Shown: positions 21,081 through 31,777, counted from the first letter of the stretch. The stretch is DNA of 64,000 bases from Methanobacteriota archaeon (GCA_963787255.1 CAWBCJ010000001.1:80122-144121); one strand, 5' to 3'. Notes: generated from the sequence alone by a model not told the origin. Made by a program: numbers and translations.

Positions 21081-21191
21081 TCAACAGTACTGTATTTTGG
21101 CAGTTTTTGCATCTGCTGTGCTTATGCCCGCTATACCAGTCAATGATAGACCGGATATTAATAGAACTGCAAAAAGCAATTTTTTTGTAAT
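21081..21191 (-). pseudogene. Signal-peptide-only ORF (36 aa, ATT start), probable remnant of a secreted protein gene
   Basis: GGAGG-N8-ATT, then ITKKLLFAVLLISGLSLTGIAGISTADAKTAKIQYC*. Directly upstream of the PepSY gene. Confidence 0.4.
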
Positions 21192-21794
21192 ATATACCGC
21201 CTCCGATTCCCAATCATAAAAAAACCCATATTAGAGTTTTCCTCAAGGTAGGCAATAATTACATGATTATAACATATAAAACTTCTGGTTTTAATTCCTG
21301 AAAAAGACACTTATTGAACTCTTTTATTGATTTAGGACACGCTAAATGGTTATATAAACAAGTCTAATAGAGGGAACTATCTCCATTAGTCTTTTTAATA
21401 AATCCTGCTATTTTTAAACCTTATTTAAAAAAAAGGGCACGTTACTATACTTTTACAATGCCCTCATTTTTGTTTTCTACAATTTTCAAGTGTTCTAGGT
21501 GAAAATAGCAAGCTAAAGCCTATAAATTTTAAGAATATATAAATACATTTTAAAAAAAAAGTAAAAAAAAAATATTTCAAAATAATATAATTCCTACCAT
21601 ATTGATAACACAAAAAAATTTTTAAAAGGTTATATTTAATAGTAAAGTGAAGATATGTATAAAAATATAAATATTAACAAAATATACTTGATTAATTATT
21701 TTTCTAGGATCAATATTTTTATAAAATATCATAATTTTACTTAATCAGAATAATCTAATGCTATTAAGTCCACAGTGGACTTGGAGGAATAAAA

Positions 21795-22871
21795 TTGGCT
21801 TTAATTGCTGAAAATCATCTTCAGTTTATAATAGAACTACTAGTTATCATGCAAATAGGCGTAATGTTCATATTTAATTTAATACCCCTTTCATTAAGTC
21901 TCGTGCTTTTTATTGCACTTATAGGCAGTTTAGGATTTTTAATAATGTTTGGTATTGACGCAACATTCCTATTTTTACCTATGGGACATTATGAATTTGC
22001 CCATCCATACGGGCCGCTGGCTCTTTTTGCAATTATAACTTCCTTGGCTGCATTACCAATGATGAAAGAAGTTGGAATTAAAGTAACCCATTTAAGGCTG
22101 TTTATATTCATCGTAATAGCCTTAATTACCATTTTTGGAGGAATAATGCACAGATCTTTCTTAATCTTATGGTTTTTAGGTCTGCTGCTTGGTTTCTTCA
22201 TCATTTCTAAATCATTCCGTCAAAAATCGGTATTTACAGTAAAAAGAATGATTTCTGTAGCTGCTGTAGTGCTTTTAGGTTTTGGATCCCTCGAAGTACT
22301 GGCCAGTGCCCTACAGATGCCTGTTTTAAGCCCGCTTTTAAGAATTTCCAGAATTGAAGATTACGCTCTTCCAAGCCTTAGCATGGTAATAAAGAACTCT
22401 GCAATGTTTGGACATGTACAGGGAGCCTGTTATTGGGGTCCTACTTGTAGTGGAGGATCAGAGGGTTATGTAACATTGCCCATGTCCTTAATCACATTAT
22501 TTGGTCTGCCTTTCCCCGTATTTTACGGAATTTTGGTAAGTAAAAAAGATGTAATAGATTACATGCTGCCGGGAATATTTGGATACACTTTTGATTTTGG
22601 ATACGCTACTTTAATCCTTCTTTTACTTTGGTGCGTAGGAGTAACTATATTAGGTTTTAAAATGCTTAAAATGTACCGTTTTAAAAGGGAAAGTGGAAAT
22701 AAGAAATATCTTGGAAGGGAAGCATTGCTTATTGGAGCCCTCGCTGCATTTATAGCGCAGGCATTGGTGGGATTATTCGTAATGAACCGATCCATTAACG
22801 GAACAGCACTATTAACATTCCTATTCATAGGTACTTTTATTGTAAGTCATATACTGATCATTAGGAAGTAA
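21795..22871 (+). CDS. Conserved polytopic membrane protein (O-antigen ligase/polymerase-like topology)
   Basis: GGAGG RBS + TTG; about 9-10 TM segments, HRSF motif, large loop, DFG before the late TMs. Confidence 0.75.
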   Translation: MALIAENHLQFIIELLVIMQIGVMFIFNLIPLSLSLVLFIALIGSLGFLIMFGIDATFLFLPMGHYEFAHPYGPLALFAIITSLAALPMMKEVGIKVTHLRLFIFIVIALITIFGGIMHRSFLILWFLGLLLGFFIISKSFRQKSVFTVKRMISVAAVVLLGFGSLEVLASALQMPVLSPLLRISRIEDYALPSLSMVIKNSAMFGHVQGACYWGPTCSGGSEGYVTLPMSLITLFGLPFPVFYGILVSKKDVIDYMLPGIFGYTFDFGYATLILLLLWCVGVTILGFKMLKMYRFKRESGNKKYLGREALLIGALAAFIAQALVGLFVMNRSINGTALLTFLFIGTFIVSHILIIRK

Positions 22872-22918
22872 CAAAAGAAATTCTTAATTATACTAGAATA
22901 TAAAGGAGAAAATAGAAT

Positions 22919-23392
22919 ATGAAAAAAGCTCTAATATTGTTAGGATGTCCTGAATCACCATCACAGACTCCGATGGCAGTTTATGTAACCTACAAACTTA
23001 AACAGATGGGTTATGATGTTACAACCGCAAGTACCCCATCAGCAATGAAACTTTTAGAAGTAGGAGATCCAGAAGGACACTATATCGAAAATAAAATTGA
23101 TATAGACTCCTGTATCAATGATCTTCATGAAGGAATGTTCGATGTTCTAATAGGATTTATTCACAAAGATGCTGCAGTTTCATACTTTGTAACATTTAAC
23201 AGTATACTTGAAACAACATCAATTGCCATTATCTTTGAAAAAGACGCTGAAAAACTGGAAGAATTCCAAAATATGGTTTCAGAAAGTACTAACGCAACAA
23301 TTGTATCTGCAAGAGCTTACCACAATCCAACTCCCCTAAGGGTCAGATTCGATAAAACAATTAAAAAATTAAATGAATCAGGTAAAATTTGA
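22919..23392 (+). CDS. DUF1890 family protein (methanogen)
   Basis: MKKALILLGCPESP...SAMKLLEV.DP...AYHNPTPL. Confidence 0.85.
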   Translation: MKKALILLGCPESPSQTPMAVYVTYKLKQMGYDVTTASTPSAMKLLEVGDPEGHYIENKIDIDSCINDLHEGMFDVLIGFIHKDAAVSYFVTFNSILETTSIAIIFEKDAEKLEEFQNMVSESTNATIVSARAYHNPTPLRVRFDKTIKKLNESGKI

Positions 23393-23448
23393 GTTAAATA
23401 ACCTCAAATATAAATAATATAATGAAATAATTGGAGGAGTTTATATAA

Positions 23449-23751
23449 ATGTTTTGTCTAGAAACATATTTACAGGAATCAGAAGATTATGAAGTATTGA
23501 TATCCCGTGCAGGCTTTAAAGACTGTGCCCGGGTAATTGATGAGCATGCTCCTGAAGTAATTCACGTTAAGCCTGGCGAAAAAATTTTAGGTGCAAGAAT
23601 TATTGGAATACCTCCAGTTCCCGTTGGAATCAATAAAGAAAAGGGCACTATACTTTTTCCTTACACCAAACCCTGCTATGGAACTGCAGTAGTTGAAATA
23701 CCCGTTGGAGAAGAAGAAATTTCCAATGTAAGAGAACTAAACATCGATTAA
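23449..23751 (+). CDS. DUF1894 family protein (methanogen)
   Basis: MFCLE...PGEKILGARIIGIPP...YTKPCYGT; next to DUF1890. Confidence 0.85.
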   Translation: MFCLETYLQESEDYEVLISRAGFKDCARVIDEHAPEVIHVKPGEKILGARIIGIPPVPVGINKEKGTILFPYTKPCYGTAVVEIPVGEEEISNVRELNID

Positions 23752-23853
23752 TACATCTAATATTATTTTTTTTCATCATAAAAAACTAAATTTTTTAATT
23801 ATATTTTTTTTTGATGCCAATACTAAATCACAAAAAGAAACAAATTGAAGGGA

Positions 23854-24204
23854 TTAGTGGTGTTGAATTAGCGCTATTCGGACTCCATTTGGGTCTTCTA
23901 TAAATGCAAGAAGTCCAACTGTTATTTGCATGGGTTCCATTGTGACTTTAGCACCTTTAGATTTAAGTTCTTTAATTGTAGTGTTTAAGTCTTCAACATC
24001 CATTCCTATTGAAAATAATCCAGGTTCATCTACTGGATTTTTAATGATTTCCACCATAGTTTCTCCTTCACCTTTCAATAGTGTAATTTTTCCTGCTGGT
24101 CCTAGATCGTATTGACTATCTATTTCAAATCCCATAACTTCTGTATAGAATTTAATTGACTCATCCATATCATTAACTATCATGGTAGCGTATTTAATTT
24201 TCAT
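23854..24204 (-). CDS. VOC/glyoxalase family protein
   Basis: [17 protein letters not shown]...[15 protein letters not shown]. Confidence 0.9.
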   Translation of the reverse strand: MKIKYATMIVNDMDESIKFYTEVMGFEIDSQYDLGPAGKITLLKGEGETMVEIIKNPVDEPGLFSIGMDVEDLNTTIKELKSKGAKVTMEPMQITVGLLAFIEDPNGVRIALIQHH

Positions 24205-24385
24205 ATTCTTTTCACCATCCATTGATTCTATTTTTTTTCCAATCTTTTATAAAAATGGAAGCTTGTTCATTATAGCTCATTTAAATCAAATCCCATAATC
24301 AACTTTTATTTTCTATTTAATAATAAAAGAAGCAATATAATTAAATTTTTCTAATTTTTCATGAAAAATGAGTAATCCAAATAAT

Positions 24386-24421
24386 TATAGCGACCTTATG
24401 GCTAAAAATAGTCGAGTTTAA
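24386..24421. repeat. Dispersed ~36-bp imperfect palindrome, copy 1
   Basis: TATAGCGACCTTATGGCTAAAAATAGTCGAGTTTAA; matches the copies at 30298 and 30823. Confidence 0.9.
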
Positions 24422-24446
24422 GGAGTAAAAATAACAAAATTAAATT

Positions 24447-25088
24447 CTATTTTTTCTTCCTTCTTTTCTTTATAATATAATACAACACTAAGAAGATAAT
24501 AGTTAAAGTTACAATATTGCCCAACGTGGATAACTGACCCTCAAGTTCCAGATAAATGTTTCCAAAAAACCACGACAGAAGGCCCCATGCAAATATCTGC
24601 ACCATAGAACCGAAAAATGTGGTGAGAAGGTACTTTTTCAGGTCGTATTTTATTAAGCCGCAGAAGAGGTTGATGGCAATGCTAGGAATAATGGGAATGC
24701 ATCGGGCCAGAAAGATGGATAGATCATCAAAGCGGCTTTTTTTGAATCTTTTTTCGATATTAGCCACATCCTCCATTGATACCCCCATATATTTCCCGGT
24801 TCTTTCTATGAATGGTTTTTCTAATTTATAGGCCAAATAATAGTAAAATAGAGAACCTATGGTGGTTCCTAGAGAAGCAGGAATGACAATTTTTATTAAA
24901 AGAATCCCTAATGAATTGAGAGATAGGGAAACTCCTTGTAAGGTGATGAGGCTAGTTGTTATTACAATTATGCTGGCGGGGATAGGGACAATGATCTGCT
25001 CCAAAATACACCCCAAAAAGACAGCCCAAGCACCATTATTAATTATAAATGATTCTAAACCACTTAATACAGAATATAACATTATCAA
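24447..25088 (-). CDS. DedA/VTT family membrane protein
   Basis: LEQIIVPIPAS, GTTIGSLFYY, FLARCIPIIP. Confidence 0.88.
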   Translation of the reverse strand: MIMLYSVLSGLESFIINNGAWAVFLGCILEQIIVPIPASIIVITTSLITLQGVSLSLNSLGILLIKIVIPASLGTTIGSLFYYYLAYKLEKPFIERTGKYMGVSMEDVANIEKRFKKSRFDDLSIFLARCIPIIPSIAINLFCGLIKYDLKKYLLTTFFGSMVQIFAWGLLSWFFGNIYLELEGQLSTLGNIVTLTIIFLVLYYIIKKRRKKK

Positions 25089-25349
25089 ACCTCTAAATAT
25101 AGATTAATTTCTTTTTATAGATTATCCCTTGTTTTTAGTTCGTTTTATAAAGCAATAAAGTTTTTCTTCACTGGAGTTCTCTGAAAACTCTATATCATCA
25201 TCTTATAATTAGGAGTGATCCTATAATTTTTTTTTATGAATCTCCGTTTTTATTCATTAATAGATTAATGAACTTAATTTTAAGCATATCATTTTCCCTT
25301 CTTCAATCATATTATACATAGTTTTAATTCTATATTAAATATTATATAT

Positions 25350-25780
25350 TTAAATTGAATTTAACTCTTTTAATCCATTAAAAAGGAAATATACGCCTAT
25401 TATGAAAATTAAGCCTGCTGTTAAGTATTGCCCATTCTTTTGAATCCACTTATTTAATTTAGAAAGAATATCATCGGCCTTTTGGGGAACAAAAAAATAC
25501 AATAATTAAAGGTATTTCCACTAATAAAAGAGTTATTATCACCAGTACTATTAATGAAATCATTTTACTAGTCCATATTGCATCAGATAATGCTATTTCA
25601 TTACTTGCAAAAAATACCAAAACAGTAGTGATTAAATTTAAAGAAAAAAGACCCATTGCCAATAAAGCGCTGCTCCAAAATCCCAAAGCATTTCTCTCTT
25701 TTATCTGATTTTCTATTTTCTCCTTATCATAACCATAATCCTTCTTAATGACAGTTTTAATTCCAAAATAAAAAATATAT
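25350..25780 (-). pseudogene. 5'-truncated GAP/Sap-family membrane protein remnant with a frameshift near 25493
   Basis: Two frames give ...YFGIKTVIKK...AMGLFSLNLITTVL...VEIPLIIVFF / VPQKADDILSKLNKWIQKNGQYLTAGLIFIIGVYFLFNGL; no start or N-terminus found. Confidence 0.6.
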
Positions 25781-25908
25781 TAATTTTCTATAATTTTTTT
25801 GAAAATTAAATGTGGTTATCTTTTTTCAATTGTAATAAATAACATCAAAAAGTTATTATTATAATTTAAACATATGATGTTATAATCTAGTGAGAGGTGA
25901 AAAAAATC

Positions 25909-26193
25909 ATGAAATATATTGTTTTGGGGAAATGGACAGATCAGGGAAGGAAAACTACTAAAGATGCTAAAAAAAGAATTGAAACCGCACAAAATTTAGT
26001 AAAAGAACAAAATGGGAATATGAGCATTTGCTTCACCATGGGCAAATACGATTTTGTCGCAATTGTAGACATGCCCAACGAAGAGGGCATGGTAAAAGTT
26101 CTCATGAAACTTAACATTATGAACAATGTTATAACTGAAACTCTTAAAGCTTGGACCGATTCTGAGTTCGTAAAAATAGTTTCTGAACTTTAA
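25909..26193 (+). CDS. GYD-domain protein
   Basis: GAGGTGA RBS; YIVLGKWTDQG...FTMGKYDFVAIVDMP...TETLKA. Confidence 0.88.
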   Translation: MKYIVLGKWTDQGRKTTKDAKKRIETAQNLVKEQNGNMSICFTMGKYDFVAIVDMPNEEGMVKVLMKLNIMNNVITETLKAWTDSEFVKIVSEL

Positions 26194-26494
26194 TTAACAA
26201 ATTTAGCACAAAATAAAAATTACTAGCAGAGGATCATTAAATTAATAAAAGTAAGCAAAAATTAAAAATAATTGTAGGTTAAGAGTTGAATCTGAATTTG
26301 TCTAATTTAAAATCAAATTCACTCATTTTAACAATGAAATGTGCCTAATCTGGAACATTTAAATTTAATATTTTCCTTTATAAAAATGTTCTTTCAAGTC
26401 TTTAGAGTTATATTGGACAGAAGATATAATGGTCTTCTGAGTGTCTAACAAAAATCAATATCTCCAAATCCTACTATTTGGAATACCATTTTTT

Positions 26495-26581
26495 TTAACT
26501 CCTTATTTTTTTAAATTTCAAACTATAAACCAACAACATCCCCGCAACAAATGATAAATAATATCCCCACAATTCAAACAT
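26495..26581 (-). CDS. Possible 28-aa single-TM peptide (MFELWGYYLSFVAGMLLVYSLKFKKIRS)
   Basis: Purine-rich AGAGGGGCGG upstream of ATG. Its 3' end contains AAGGAG, which precedes another short ORF, inside a decayed region. Confidence 0.3.
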   Translation of the reverse strand: MFELWGYYLSFVAGMLLVYSLKFKKIRS

Positions 26582-26749
26582 TTTTAACCGCCCCTCTTGA
26601 AAATAACCAATGCTTTTCAATTATCTATTATGTCCAATTTGCATTAGCAAGTAGATTATGCTACTATTGGTTTTGTTCTATTACATATTCTTTTCGTTTT
26701 TTCATTTTGCAATTAATATCCTGGTTTCTATGAAAGCATTTTTAATTCT

Positions 26750-27050
26750 TCCATTTTAAAAATATATAAAAAATGAGCATAAGTTTCTGGTTTCATCTAC
26801 ATTTGTAGCAAGACTTAAACCTGAAAGTGGCATTCCGCCCAGTTTTTCAAAGTCAGCTTTACTAATAATTTTAACTTGTTCATCCTATTCCGAAGGGATT
26901 GTTTTCGTCTAACATTATAAATGTATTTGTAGTGTTCTATTCTGCGTTCCCGCATCTTTTTATCAATTAATATGGATACATTCTTACATTTACGTACTGT
27001 TGCATCTGTCATGTTCATTTTTAACACCGGTAATCTATAAGTGCTGTTAT
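26750..27050 (-). pseudogene. Decayed ORF fragment of unknown family
   Basis: Protein-like stretches in alternating frames (MTDATVRKCKNVSILIDKKMRERR / QVKIISKADFEKLGGMPLSGL), interrupted by stops. Confidence 0.25.
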
Positions 27051-27200
27051 TTTTAATGGGTTTGGTGTAAGAGCAGGAAAGTAAAATTTTTTTTAATATT
27101 TTTTTATGAGAATTAAATATTACTTTTAATAAATTATTTATTAATTAGTTTATATAACTAATCAGTAAATATATGCAAAAAAAATAAGAGGAGAAAGAAA

Positions 27201-27653
27201 ATGCAGAAATTAAATCATTCAATTATTATTAATGCGCCAAAAGATAAGGTTTGGCATACCATGCTCGATAATGACACCTACAGAGAATGGACAGAAGTAT
27301 TTCATGTTGGTTCACACTATGTCGGTGACTGGAGTGAAGGTAGCAAAATACTCTTCCTTGGACCTGACGAAAATGACAAGATGTCTGGAATGGTGAGCAA
27401 AATAAAAGAGAATAGGCCGTATGAATACATCTCAATTGAGCACATTGGCATCGTAGCAGATGGAAAAGAGGATACTTCGAGTAAAGAAGCTAAGGACTGG
27501 GCTGGAGCACTTGAAAATTACACATTTAAAGAAATGGATGGTAAAACTGAAGTGATGGTAGATGTGGATACAGATGATGAGTTCGTTGAGATGTTCCAGG
27601 AAATGTGGCCGAAAGCACTGCAAAAACTCAAAGAACTGGCGGAAAAAACATGA
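27201..27653 (+). CDS. SRPBCC/AHSA1 domain protein
   Basis: IIINAPKDKVW...YREWT...GDWSEGSKILF...WPKALQKLKEL; GAGGAG RBS. Confidence 0.9.
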   Translation: MQKLNHSIIINAPKDKVWHTMLDNDTYREWTEVFHVGSHYVGDWSEGSKILFLGPDENDKMSGMVSKIKENRPYEYISIEHIGIVADGKEDTSSKEAKDWAGALENYTFKEMDGKTEVMVDVDTDDEFVEMFQEMWPKALQKLKELAEKT

Positions 27654-28117
27654 GTGAAAATTTACAACAATCCCCAGAACCAAACCCTGCACTAAAGCGC
27701 CTAAATATATTGGTAGGTACATGGAGTATAAAAGGCCGTACACTTGATTCTACGGAAGATAATGTTTCTGCAAGGACTACTTTTGAGTGGTTACCTGGTG
27801 GATTCTTTCTAAAACAGACTTTTGAGGCTGATTTTGCAGGCGTAAAAATTCAGAGCTTGGAAATAATTGGTTATGACCCCTCAAGTGATACTTTCCCTTC
27901 CACTGTCTATTCCAATCTGAGTGGAGATCCGATTCCATATCGATATGATATTAAAGGCAAAGACCTAACAATCACAACAGATCTCGCTGGTGGGGCTAAA
28001 AGTACTGGGAAAATTAGTGAAGACGGGAATACATTCACCGGAGGGTGGAGACCAAAGCCCGGTAAGGAAGGCTCCGGAAATGTGGCTTATGACTATGTGG
28101 GCAAACGGGTGAAGTAG
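27650..28117 (+). CDS. DUF1579 family protein
   Basis: ATGA overlap with SRPBCC; ALKRLNILVGTW...FEWLPGGFFL...IGYDP. Confidence 0.8.
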   Translation: MSENLQQSPEPNPALKRLNILVGTWSIKGRTLDSTEDNVSARTTFEWLPGGFFLKQTFEADFAGVKIQSLEIIGYDPSSDTFPSTVYSNLSGDPIPYRYDIKGKDLTITTDLAGGAKSTGKISEDGNTFTGGWRPKPGKEGSGNVAYDYVGKRVK

Positions 28118-28187
28118 AGGTCATATTTGGCTGAATGTGCGACTTAATGGATAAAAAATAGAATAAAGTAGAATAGGAGAAATTTTA

Positions 28188-28991
28188 ATTAAAAACAAAA
28201 GTAGTTATGCTAAAGTAAACGGCCTTAATATGTATTATGAGGTCCATGGTAATGGTAAGCCATTAGTCCTGCTTCACGGCTCTTTTATGACAATTGCTCT
28301 CAACTTCGGGAAGATGATACCGGCTTTTGCCAGAGACCGGAAAGTTATCGCTATCGAGCAGCAGGGACACGGACACACTGAAGACATTGATCGTCCAGTG
28401 AGCTATGAGCAAATGGCAGATGACACGGCAGAGCTTCTTCGACAATTGGGGATCGAAAAGGCTGATATCTTGGGATACAGTCTTGGCGGCACTACTGCCA
28501 TAGAGCTTGCCATCCGCCATCCGGATCGCGTACGTAAATTGGTGATTATTTCGGCACCGTATAAGAGGGAGGGTTGGTATCCGGAATACTATCCAACGAT
28601 GGAGAGTCTCACTCCCGAGATGCTTATAGGTTCAGGACTTCCGGAAGCATATGCAGACGTAGCTCCAAATCCAGATAATTGGGCAAAACTAGTTGAAAAA
28701 TTCAAAAAACTTGGCGTAGAATTCATCGGTAGAACGCCTGAGGAATTTCAATCGATCAAAGCTCCAACTCTGATTATGATTGGGGATTCAGATAGCGTTC
28801 CTCCCGAAAAAGCTGTTGAAATGTTTAAATTGCTTGGGGGTGGGGTATTCGGAGATATCGTTGGGCTCCCACGTTCTCAACTTGCAGTTATCCCCGGTAC
28901 TAATCACGTTGGCGTAATGGAACGGGCTGATTGGTGGATTCCAATGATTAAAGAGTTTCTTGATAAGCCTATGGAATCAGAGGGCTCCTAA
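28188..28991 (+). CDS. Alpha/beta hydrolase; RBS-aligned start is ATT at 28188, first ATG at 28230
   Basis: LVLLHG, QGHG, nucleophile GYSLG, GDSD, PGTNH. The conserved YAKVNGLNMYYE starts upstream of the ATG. Confidence 0.88.
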   Translation: MKNKSSYAKVNGLNMYYEVHGNGKPLVLLHGSFMTIALNFGKMIPAFARDRKVIAIEQQGHGHTEDIDRPVSYEQMADDTAELLRQLGIEKADILGYSLGGTTAIELAIRHPDRVRKLVIISAPYKREGWYPEYYPTMESLTPEMLIGSGLPEAYADVAPNPDNWAKLVEKFKKLGVEFIGRTPEEFQSIKAPTLIMIGDSDSVPPEKAVEMFKLLGGGVFGDIVGLPRSQLAVIPGTNHVGVMERADWWIPMIKEFLDKPMESEGS

Positions 28992-29272
28992 GTAATGCCT
29001 GAAACCTGAAATAAATTACAAAATTTAGAATTAATAGAATCTCATGAAAGTGTTTATAGTATTTCAGAACCTATTTTTGAAAGCTTGGCTTAAAAAAAGA
29101 ATACGATGAAAAAATTGTTTTTCCAAGGAAATAACCACCCCGAACATGGAAAACAGTTGGTAGAATTTATAAAAAGACTAAATGAACTCTAGTGGACTTA
29201 TATTTCATTTACCCAATAGCTAAACGATTTTTTACTTGTTAATATAATATGAAATAAATGAGGAATAAAATT

Positions 29273-30077
29273 ATGATTGAAAGAAAAGGTAAATACGCCA
29301 ACGTGAATGGAATGAAAATGTATTATGAAGTTTCCGGCAAGGGCGATCCACTAATCGTATTGCACGGTGCTTACATGAACATAATATCAATGGGAGAAAT
29401 AATCCCCAGGCTCGCTAGGACCCACAAGGTCTATGCGCTCGAATTCCAGGGCCATGGTCGGACCACTGACATTGACCGCCCCATCACCTATCCGAACCTG
29501 GCAGACGATGTAGCTGCTTTTATGGACGCGGTAGGTCTTAAGAAAGCTGATGTATTCGGTTATTCCGTGGGTGCTGAGGTCGGATTGCAACTCGCCATCC
29601 GCTACCCAGAGAAGGTGAGCAGACTTATCGCAGCCTGAGGCGCCTACGATCTTGAAGGTTGGCAGCCGGAGTTCAAGGCAGCTATCCCGCAAATGACCGT
29701 TGAGATGATTGTCAATCTGCCATTCGCTGAAGACTATCGTAAGCTTGCGCCTGATCCAGATGGTTTCCCCGCTCCTTGTGGAGAAGCTGATAGCTCTCGA
29801 GAAGGAGCCGATGGCATGGGAAGACGGATATCAGGGCTTTGAAGACCCCGGTACTGATTATCGCTGGAGATGCAGATGGGTAACGCTCGAACATTCGATC
29901 GCCCTGTTTCGGTTGCTCGGTGGAGGCATTATGGGTGATATGGGAAAACCCTTACCTGATTCACGTCTTGCAATTATGCCGGCAACATCGCATACGGCTG
30001 TCATTACTCAGACCGATCTTTTAATCGCTTTCATTGAACCTTTCCTGAAAGGAGAAACGCCAAAGGGATTTTTTTAA
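29273..30077 (+). pseudogene. Alpha/beta hydrolase paralog disrupted by an internal TGA (29636-29638) and frameshifts
   Basis: KYANVNGMKMYYE, QGHG, GYSVG; the C-terminal FRLLGGG.MGD...LAIMPATSH is in another frame; visibly GC-richer than its flanks. Confidence 0.75.
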
Positions 30078-30297
30078 AATAGACTTTGGGGAAGGCAGAT
30101 ATTAATGGATTTCATGGAAGCAACACAAATTAGGTGCTAAATGCAGTAAATAAACATTAAATGTAGAAGAAACCTTTTATTCATTTAGACAATTTGAAGC
30201 TAAAGGATTAGCAGTTTTAACAAAAGGATCCCAGCTGAAAAAAAATAAGATTCGTTATGAGAACATAGGTTTAATATGAATTATTGAATTTCTTCTC

Positions 30298-30333
30298 TAT
30301 AACGACCATGTGGCTAAAGATAGTCGAGTTTAA
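30298..30333. repeat. Dispersed ~36-bp imperfect palindrome, copy 2
   Basis: TATAACGACCATGTGGCTAAAGATAGTCGAGTTTAA. Confidence 0.9.
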
Positions 30334-30456
30334 AGAAGTGATTAATTCTTCAAAATAGCATGGAAATTTATCTCAAATAATATAATAAAAAATATAAATT
30401 TATTATTACTAGTTTTAACATAACCAATATTACAATATTTTATGTGAGGTGAAAAC

Positions 30457-30735
30457 ATGATTTATTTAATTGGAGAGCTAAAAGTCGAAAATTATGATAA
30501 ATGGAAGCCCATTTTTAATGAAAGAGCAACTGCACGTAAAGAAAGCGGCGAAGAAGAAGCTCATCTCTTCCGTAACTCCGACGACCCCCATGACGTTGAG
30601 ATTATATTTAAGTGGGACAATAAGGAAAATGCAAAAAAGTACATGGAATCAAAATCCGTACAAAAAGTTCTAAACAATGTAGGCGCCAAAATAGAAAGAG
30701 TTACTTACCTTGATGAAATAGAAAAAACAATTTAA
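30457..30735 (+). CDS. Small dimeric alpha-beta-barrel (ABM/cyclase-like) protein
   Basis: GAGGTGA RBS; KVENYDKWKPIF...LFRNSDDPHDV.IIFKWD. Confidence 0.75.
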   Translation: MIYLIGELKVENYDKWKPIFNERATARKESGEEEAHLFRNSDDPHDVEIIFKWDNKENAKKYMESKSVQKVLNNVGAKIERVTYLDEIEKTI

Positions 30736-30822
30736 TATAAATTCTATGGATGAATATTATTTCTAAAGGAATATAGAAACCTATTCATCTATAATCCTTT
30801 ATTTTAATTAATTACAGAAAAC

Positions 30823-30860
30823 TATAAACGACCAATACGGCTAAAAAATAGTCGAGTTTA
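30823..30860. repeat. Dispersed ~36-bp imperfect palindrome, copy 3
   Basis: TATAAACGACCAATACGGCTAAAAAATAGTCGAGTTTA. Confidence 0.9.
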
Positions 30861-30905
30861 GCGAAGCAAATAAACATAAAAACTAAAGAAAGATTTATAT
30901 ATTTT

Positions 30906-31777
30906 TTAATCTGCTGAAAAAAATCTTCGCAGTTCTTGTGCGATGATTTCCGGCTTGCCATAGTCTTGTGCTGATCCATGATCAAGACCTTCTAATTCAA
31001 TGCGATTAGAGTTGGGCAAGACTTTTTCCAGGGCATCAAGAGTGTCTTTAAATGCATCCCGACTTTTACTTCCCATCATTAATAAAACCTCTGCAGATAC
31101 ATCTTTGTAATCTTCAATTGTTCCTTCGGTTTTTCTAACAAGTTCTATTTCAGAGGGCATTGTAGGAATAAGATCTCGAAGCGGTACATCATCGCCTTTA
31201 ACGTTCCTGGCATCCAATATTAATGCAATTTTGGAAAATGATGTCAATAAGAAACGCGGCAACCAGTAAATAGATTTAGGCGACTGTGCACCTTTTATAC
31301 CAGTTACCATGGCATCAGCCACTTTACCTTCAGCCACTTCCCGGCCAAAACGATGCATGGTAGATTCTAATAGATCCAGTTCTGGTTGGCCAAGATAAAA
31401 GAGCGGCTCATAAGCAGCAACCTTCCAGATAGCCAGATTAGAGATTGCAGCATGCAGTGCAAATAATGCACCGTCCGCTGTTCCAAAGACATAGTGCGCC
31501 CCTGTTTTTTTAAGAGTGCATCCAGGTCTTCATCTTCCCTTTCTATACCGTAGTCCTCGCCAATTGGTCCACTTAAACCACGGCCACGGCGATCTGGAAT
31601 ATAAACTGTAAATGCATCTGAAAGTAAGGTACCGAGCTTCATAAGATGTTGTGATGCATTTATACCTCCATGCAGGAGAATAACACCTTGACCATTGCCC
31701 ATTTGCCTGTATCCAATGGTAGTTCCATCTTTTGAAGTTACAGAATCTGTTGTGTATTTTTGTTTTGTATTACTCAT
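30906..31777 (-). CDS. Alpha/beta hydrolase fold protein, frameshifted at a homopolymer near 31508
   Basis: SKDGTTIGY, LLHGG, DRRGRGLS; after the shift it reads TGAHYVFGTADGALFAL...YEP and joins ORF 30906-31358 (LDHG). Confidence 0.75.

Noticed and set aside
28118-28148. Possible fourth degenerate copy of the 36-bp repeat after the DUF1579 stop (TGGCTGAATGTGCGACTTAA)
   Set aside because: Lacks CGACC and the invariant ATAGTCGAGTTTA; the similarity could be chance.
29636-29638. In-frame TGA in the second hydrolase read as selenocysteine
   Set aside because: The position is non-catalytic and followed by further frameshifts, so a pseudogene or sequence error is simpler.
24386-30860. CRISPR array interpretation of the ~36-bp repeats
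   Set aside because: Only three copies, spaced about 5.9 kb and 0.5 kb apart with whole genes between them; no cas genes or leader.
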